Positions 59,548-64,000 of a DNA stretch of 64,000 bases are shown piece by piece. This DNA comes from a virus (Duplodnaviria > Caudoviricetes), in IMG/VR virus record IMGVR_UViG_3300021431_000005, positions 53,053 to 117,052 of that record. One strand, written 5' to 3'. The position numbers and the translations under genes are program-made. Position 1 is the stretch's first letter, and each line of letters opens with the position of its first letter. The notes below the pieces were generated by a model. That model saw only the letters and a program-made list of their open reading frames with translations, searched no databases and had not been told where the DNA came from.

Positions 59548-60441
59548 ATGAAGTTATTAGGAACATATAAAAACGGAAATTATATTACAAGTATATTCTC
59601 AGACGGCACAAAAATCAGGGAGACTGAGGCGGACGAATTTATAGCTACGTTCCCCGAAAACATTGATATAAAGATAACGAACCAATGCGATATGGAATGT
59701 CCTATGTGTCACGAGAACAGTTATGTAAATGGCAAACATGGAAACATAATGAAGGCGGAGTTCATTGACACATTACGTCCTTACACGGAGCTTGCGATAG
59801 GCGGCGGCAATCCACTTGCACATCCACAGCTAATACCATTTCTAAGAAAGCTGAAAGATAGAAAAATAATATCAAACCTTACAGTCAATCAAACACACTT
59901 CATGAAGTTTCGGAATCTTTTAAAGTCTTTGACCGAAGAAGGACTGGTTTATGGTATAGGCGTATCGTTTAATTCGGCGGACACAGCATTCATAGATGCA
60001 GTCAAGAAGTTTGATAATGCAGTTATCCATGTAATAAACGGGTTAATCACTCATGGTCAGTTGGAGTTTCTTGCAGATAACAATTTAAAAGTTCTTATAC
60101 TTGGATATAAAGATTTCAGAAGAGGAGAAACGTATCATAAAGAGGTAAGTGCTTATATCGAGGCTAATCAAACAAACTTAAAATGTTACCTGAAAGATTA
60201 TATCCCTAGATTTAAAGTTGTCAGCTTCGATAATCTTGCCATAGAACAGCTTAACGTTAAAAGTCTTATGACTGACGAGCAGTGGAATGAGTTTTACATG
60301 GGTAACGATGGTAACTTTACCATGTATGTCGATATGGTTACAGAGACATTCGCCCAAAATTCGGTGGCTGCGTTAAACAAAAGATACCCATTGCTTAATA
60401 CAATAGATGAAATGTTTCAGATAGTTAAAAGAGGGGTGTAA
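59548..60441 (+). CDS. Radical SAM protein
   Basis: CDMECPMCHE (CxxxCxxC), GGGNP. Confidence 0.92.
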   Translation: MKLLGTYKNGNYITSIFSDGTKIRETEADEFIATFPENIDIKITNQCDMECPMCHENSYVNGKHGNIMKAEFIDTLRPYTELAIGGGNPLAHPQLIPFLRKLKDRKIISNLTVNQTHFMKFRNLLKSLTEEGLVYGIGVSFNSADTAFIDAVKKFDNAVIHVINGLITHGQLEFLADNNLKVLILGYKDFRRGETYHKEVSAYIEANQTNLKCYLKDYIPRFKVVSFDNLAIEQLNVKSLMTDEQWNEFYMGNDGNFTMYVDMVTETFAQNSVAALNKRYPLLNTIDEMFQIVKRGV

Positions 60442-60443
60442 GT

Positions 60444-60779
60444 ATGGATATAAAGTTCAGAGATAAGTATAATAGTCTGAAGGTGAAGCATCTTGAACTA
60501 TGCAGAAAGAGCGAGGAAATCCGCGAAGAGATTTCAGAAGTTCTTATTGAAATTGCACGAATAGAGATATACCCATTTGTTGAAGGACAAGATGTTAAAT
60601 GTGTAGTCCCTGCTGGTCGGACAAAGAAAGAAGTTTTGTGTCGGATCGAGATTGATAATACTGGAACGGTTTGGGTTAGACCTTATAAACCCAATGGTGT
60701 TTTGGGTGAAAGGCGGTTTAAAGCATGGGTCGGAGAGGATAAAGATTACAAAAAAATATTCAAGGAGGCAAATAGATGA
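60444..60779 (+). CDS. Hypothetical protein
   Basis: GAGGGG SD. Confidence 0.6.
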   Translation: MDIKFRDKYNSLKVKHLELCRKSEEIREEISEVLIEIARIEIYPFVEGQDVKCVVPAGRTKKEVLCRIEIDNTGTVWVRPYKPNGVLGERRFKAWVGEDKDYKKIFKEANR

Positions 60780-61369
60780 AAAGAGTGATTCGCAGAGGTG
60801 TGTTTGAAACCAACTCTTCGTCTATGCACAGCATTGTAGTTGTCAGAGACGATTTGAGAATAGCAGATGAGGAATATTTCGATGCGTGGGTTATGAAGGA
60901 TGGAAGGCTGTGTATATCAGAACTCGATTTTGGACGTAGCCCTTTTGAAGTATTAAATACAGCAAAAGATAAATTTAGATACGTTATCGCTTCAAAACTT
61001 GGCAATGCAAGTTATAGTCATGTAAGCAATGATACGCCTGATGAATATATGAAAGGATTGATAGACGAACTTACACAGATAGCGAGCAGAATATTTATAG
61101 GATGTACAGCATTGAGTCTTCCAGACTATGGTTATGTGGATCATGACAGTTGTCATTTGTTAGAAAACTTTTTAAAACGAGAAAAGATTACGCTTGAAGA
61201 GTTTGTTTGTAATCCAAAGTATATTGTAATAATTGACGGCGATGAATATTGCATCTTAAATTCAATGAAGAAGAGCGGACTGATTGACACTGACGCGATT
61301 GAGAAAGAGTATTGCGAGAATGATTATACTTATGACTATGTTCACGAAAGAGATAAAGCAAAAGAATAA
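60776..61369 (+). CDS. FETNSSS-motif phage protein
   Basis: IRRGVFETNSSSMHSI; YVDH, IDGD. Confidence 0.75.
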   Translation: MKRVIRRGVFETNSSSMHSIVVVRDDLRIADEEYFDAWVMKDGRLCISELDFGRSPFEVLNTAKDKFRYVIASKLGNASYSHVSNDTPDEYMKGLIDELTQIASRIFIGCTALSLPDYGYVDHDSCHLLENFLKREKITLEEFVCNPKYIVIIDGDEYCILNSMKKSGLIDTDAIEKEYCENDYTYDYVHERDKAKE

Positions 61370-61402
61370 TGTATAATGGATGATTATATTGGTTGTTCGG
61401 TA

Positions 61403-61431
61403 TTGACTTTTATCTGCAATTATGTTATAAT
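61403..61431 (+). promoter_or_regulatory. sigma-A promoter
   Basis: TTGACT-17 nt-TATAAT with extended TG. Confidence 0.75.
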
Positions 61432-61489
61432 AATATAGCACAAAATAGTGTGTCAATCATATATTAATTAAACCAAAAGGAGAATACGA

Positions 61490-61720
61490 ATGAATAACGC
61501 AAGAAGGAAAAAATTGAGTTCTATTAGCAAAACACTTGCCGAAGTACGTGATCTTGTTGACGGGCTGATGAACGAAGAACAGGAATGTCTTGATAATATG
61601 CCAGAAAATCTTATGGATTCCGAGAGATATATAATGGGCGAGGAAGCTGTGGATAATATGGACGATGCAATTATTGCCATCGAAGACGCTATTGAGTCTA
61701 TTGACGCAGCAAAACAATAA
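61490..61720 (+). CDS. Conserved small acidic phage protein
   Basis: MNNARRK...EEQE..DNMPENL..SER. Confidence 0.75.
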   Translation: MNNARRKKLSSISKTLAEVRDLVDGLMNEEQECLDNMPENLMDSERYIMGEEAVDNMDDAIIAIEDAIESIDAAKQ

Positions 61721-61869
61721 TTGACGTAAGGAAGTTTTGGATTTATTCGAGACTTCTTTATAGATTTTAACGATCAAAAACGAATAAAAAAGTCTTTGGA
61801 TTAGTAGAAGTTCTCACATACAAAGACTTCTTTTTGTATTTGGATATGATTATATATGCTTAATATTGT

Positions 61870-62253
61870 TTGCCCAGTGATAAAAGTAAAGGGGGTATGT
61901 TTATTGTGTCGCTATTAGATTCTACATTTTCTGATGATTCATGTTTATTTGTGGTTTTGAAAGAAGACTATGATAAATGGAAGAATGACGAACTATTGTT
62001 CTGTGGTTCGGGGATATGTGATTATCCATTAATATCGCAGGATGAGTTAATTGGAACATTAAAAAATGATCTTTTCTTTTTATATGAGGATGTAGATTTT
62101 GATAATCCAGATGAATTAAAAAAAGTCTTTAAAGAAGAAAAGGTTTTTGCACACAGAGACTTTTTCCCTGCGTGGGGATATAATATTATATATGGAACAT
62201 ATTGTTTACCTGGTGACAAAAAGGTAGTGGCTTTCGGTTATTACCGAGATTAG
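61870..62253 (+). CDS. Hypothetical protein related to 51023-51325 C-terminus
   Basis: WKNDEL...LPGDKKVVAFGYY resembles WKRGEL...LPNGEVIHAFGYY. Confidence 0.6.
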   Translation: MPSDKSKGGMFIVSLLDSTFSDDSCLFVVLKEDYDKWKNDELLFCGSGICDYPLISQDELIGTLKNDLFFLYEDVDFDNPDELKKVFKEEKVFAHRDFFPAWGYNIIYGTYCLPGDKKVVAFGYYRD

Positions 62254-62285
62254 ATATTAACACCTCGTTTTCGGACGAGGTTTAC

Positions 62286-62357
62286 TGCCATGTAGCCAAG
62301 TGGTAAGGCAAGAGACTTTGACTCTCTCATTCGCTGGTTCGAGTCCAGTCATGGCAA
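62286..62357 (+). tRNA. tRNA-Gln(TTG)
   Basis: TGCCATG/CATGGCA acceptor; AGAGA-ctTTGac-TCTCT arm; GGTTCGAGTCC. Confidence 0.93.
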
Positions 62358-62571
62358 TAGCCCACAAGTGAAAGGAGGGTAGCGAACTGTGGAGTTGTTA
62401 AGTGGAATTGTAGAATTTTTGAGGAAATTTGTATTATCGTTAAAGAGTGATCTCTATCTAAACGCTGATTTTATGGGCGTTTACGATGGTTAAATAACTC
62501 TATGATTAGGGAACCCGTGAGAACAGGATGATATTCTCTCTAATGTCAAAAACTTTTTTACGAACATCCAC

Positions 62572-62600
62572 TTGATAAGCATTCACATCAGGTGTATAAT
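62572..62600 (+). promoter_or_regulatory. sigma-A promoter
   Basis: TTGATA-17 nt-TATAAT. Confidence 0.6.
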
Positions 62601-62620
62601 AATGATGATGAATCAAACAC

Positions 62621-63049
62621 TTGACGATTATATTGTTAAGGGGTGATTTTATAGCACCATTATTAGGATTGCTTGGCTGTTTGTTAGGCGGCGCGATATG
62701 GAAAATGTGCGACAATGTACAAATGACCAATGCGAATCAAAAGGCAAAAGAATACTATGGGCGATTAAGTAAAGAGAGGGAGGATAGAGAACAATGTGAT
62801 TTAGAACTACAAAAGGAGATTTATCTAAGATTAAAAGTGACACACACTTACCCCGATGGTTTGTACTGTCGTGAACCTGTAAAACACGATAAAGAAGCCA
62901 TGCGTGTAACCAAGAAGTACTTGGAACTGACTGGCAAAAAATACTATGACCACGGTTTTTGGAATCTCGATTATTGCGAATTTGATAACAAAGGATACTT
63001 GCGGCGATTAAACAATGAAAAGGTTTATCAGTTTGATGACTTTATTTGA
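62621..63049 (+). CDS. Membrane-anchored hypothetical protein (start uncertain)
   Basis: Hydrophobic N-terminal helix; GGGGTG SD suggests start slightly downstream. Confidence 0.6.
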   Translation: MTIILLRGDFIAPLLGLLGCLLGGAIWKMCDNVQMTNANQKAKEYYGRLSKEREDREQCDLELQKEIYLRLKVTHTYPDGLYCREPVKHDKEAMRVTKKYLELTGKKYYDHGFWNLDYCEFDNKGYLRRLNNEKVYQFDDFI

Positions 63050-63240
63050 GAGGTGTTCTTGATATGACTAATGGCGGTTTTTTCAGTGAAGAGCTTTTTA
63101 AAAAATTAACCGATCTTATCCCAGACGTAAAAGAGATGGTAGACAACTCCTCTGAATACACTGGTGACGATGATGGAGAAGATGATTGGGAGGAAGAAGA
63201 GGACTCGGAAGATGAAGAGTAAATGATATAGGGGGGTATT

Positions 63241-63639
63241 ATGATCATAGATAATCATTACTTTGTCGATTACAGTTTTGACAATACAAAACAGTACGCG
63301 ACCAAGAACTATATCATAATAAACTTCGATTGGAAAACTTCTTCTAAAAACTTCAAAGAGGCTATAATGAAATGTCAGGGTTGCGAAAGTGACCCTGATA
63401 ATTCTATAACAGTATGTTTACTTATGCCGCTTATTGCAGGACATCCAAATGTAGACTGCTGTTATTTACATATCTCAACAATTGGAGTTTTAAATATTGA
63501 AGACATTGTTGATTTTATCGACAATAATCTAAAGAACAATCTGAGTTTATTAGACACCTCGGTTGTTTTGACACCGAGAGAAAAAATAGAAATATTGAGT
63601 AACTTAATACCAAGTAAGGACTACAGAGAAAGGTGGTAA
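63241..63639 (+). CDS. Hypothetical protein
   Basis: GGGGG SD. Confidence 0.6.
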   Translation: MIIDNHYFVDYSFDNTKQYATKNYIIINFDWKTSSKNFKEAIMKCQGCESDPDNSITVCLLMPLIAGHPNVDCCYLHISTIGVLNIEDIVDFIDNNLKNNLSLLDTSVVLTPREKIEILSNLIPSKDYRERW

Positions 63640-63643
63640 AAAT

Positions 63644-64000
63644 TTGATTCGTGACGAGGCTTTTAAAACGGGCAATATTGTTCTGGTTGAAATTCCAAAC
63701 AACATTGGGCATCAACAGGGTGGAACAAGACCTGCTGTGATAGTTTCAAACAATATCGGAAATACACTTAGTCCCACTATAAAAGTCCTCCCTATCACTA
63801 CCAAGAGAAGCAGCTCAAAGCAGCCGACTCATGTACATTTTAAGAGAGGGGAGGTTTCAGGTCTTATTAAAGATTCAACAGTAGAAGCTGAATCTACGTG
63901 GGTAATTAACAAATGGCAAGTTAAAAAGGTGCTTGGCTCCTTTAACGATGAACAACTTGACAAGATAGCATATGCTATGGTTTTTGCGGAGCCGATTGTG
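63644..64000 (+). CDS. PemK/MazF-family endoribonuclease (partial)
   Basis: Not in track. TTG start after AGGTGG; GHQQGGTRPAVIVSNNIGN..SPT..VLPITT...PTHV. Confidence 0.88.
   Translation, partial: MIRDEAFKTGNIVLVEIPNNIGHQQGGTRPAVIVSNNIGNTLSPTIKVLPITTKRSSSKQPTHVHFKRGEVSGLIKDSTVEAESTWVINKWQVKKVLGSFNDEQLDKIAYAMVFAEPIV

Overview
A 64-kb segment of a large temperate Firmicutes (probably Clostridia) siphophage with SPbeta/c-st-like organisation. The minus strand (1-33.9 kb) holds the late and structural arm: tail genes, tape measure, major tail, head-tail connectors, capsid, scaffold/protease, portal and terminase. It also carries a BRO/KilA-C antirepressor, PhoH, ClpP-like, a tRNA cluster, HU, a metallophosphoesterase, a YonO-like single-subunit RNA polymerase, a RepB-type initiator with iterons, and a tyrosine recombinase. 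After a strand switch near 34 kb, the plus strand holds dozens of small early/accessory genes, two more tRNAs and a PemK/MazF-type gene at the right edge. Two group I introns can be reconstructed by hand. One (310 nt) splits the RNA polymerase just before its catalytic DFDSD motif. The other (890 nt) splits the tape measure gene and, instead of a homing endonuclease, carries an antisense Zn-ribbon gene with its own consensus sigma-A promoter in a P9-region loop; this is the most unusual element seen. Other notable items are a 47-nt tRNA minihelix with encoded CCA, two pairs of repeated H-type pseudoknots, mirrored boxA-like sites, and iterons suggesting a phage-plasmid lifestyle. All calls come from motif recognition and manual base-pairing; no database searches or folding programs were run.
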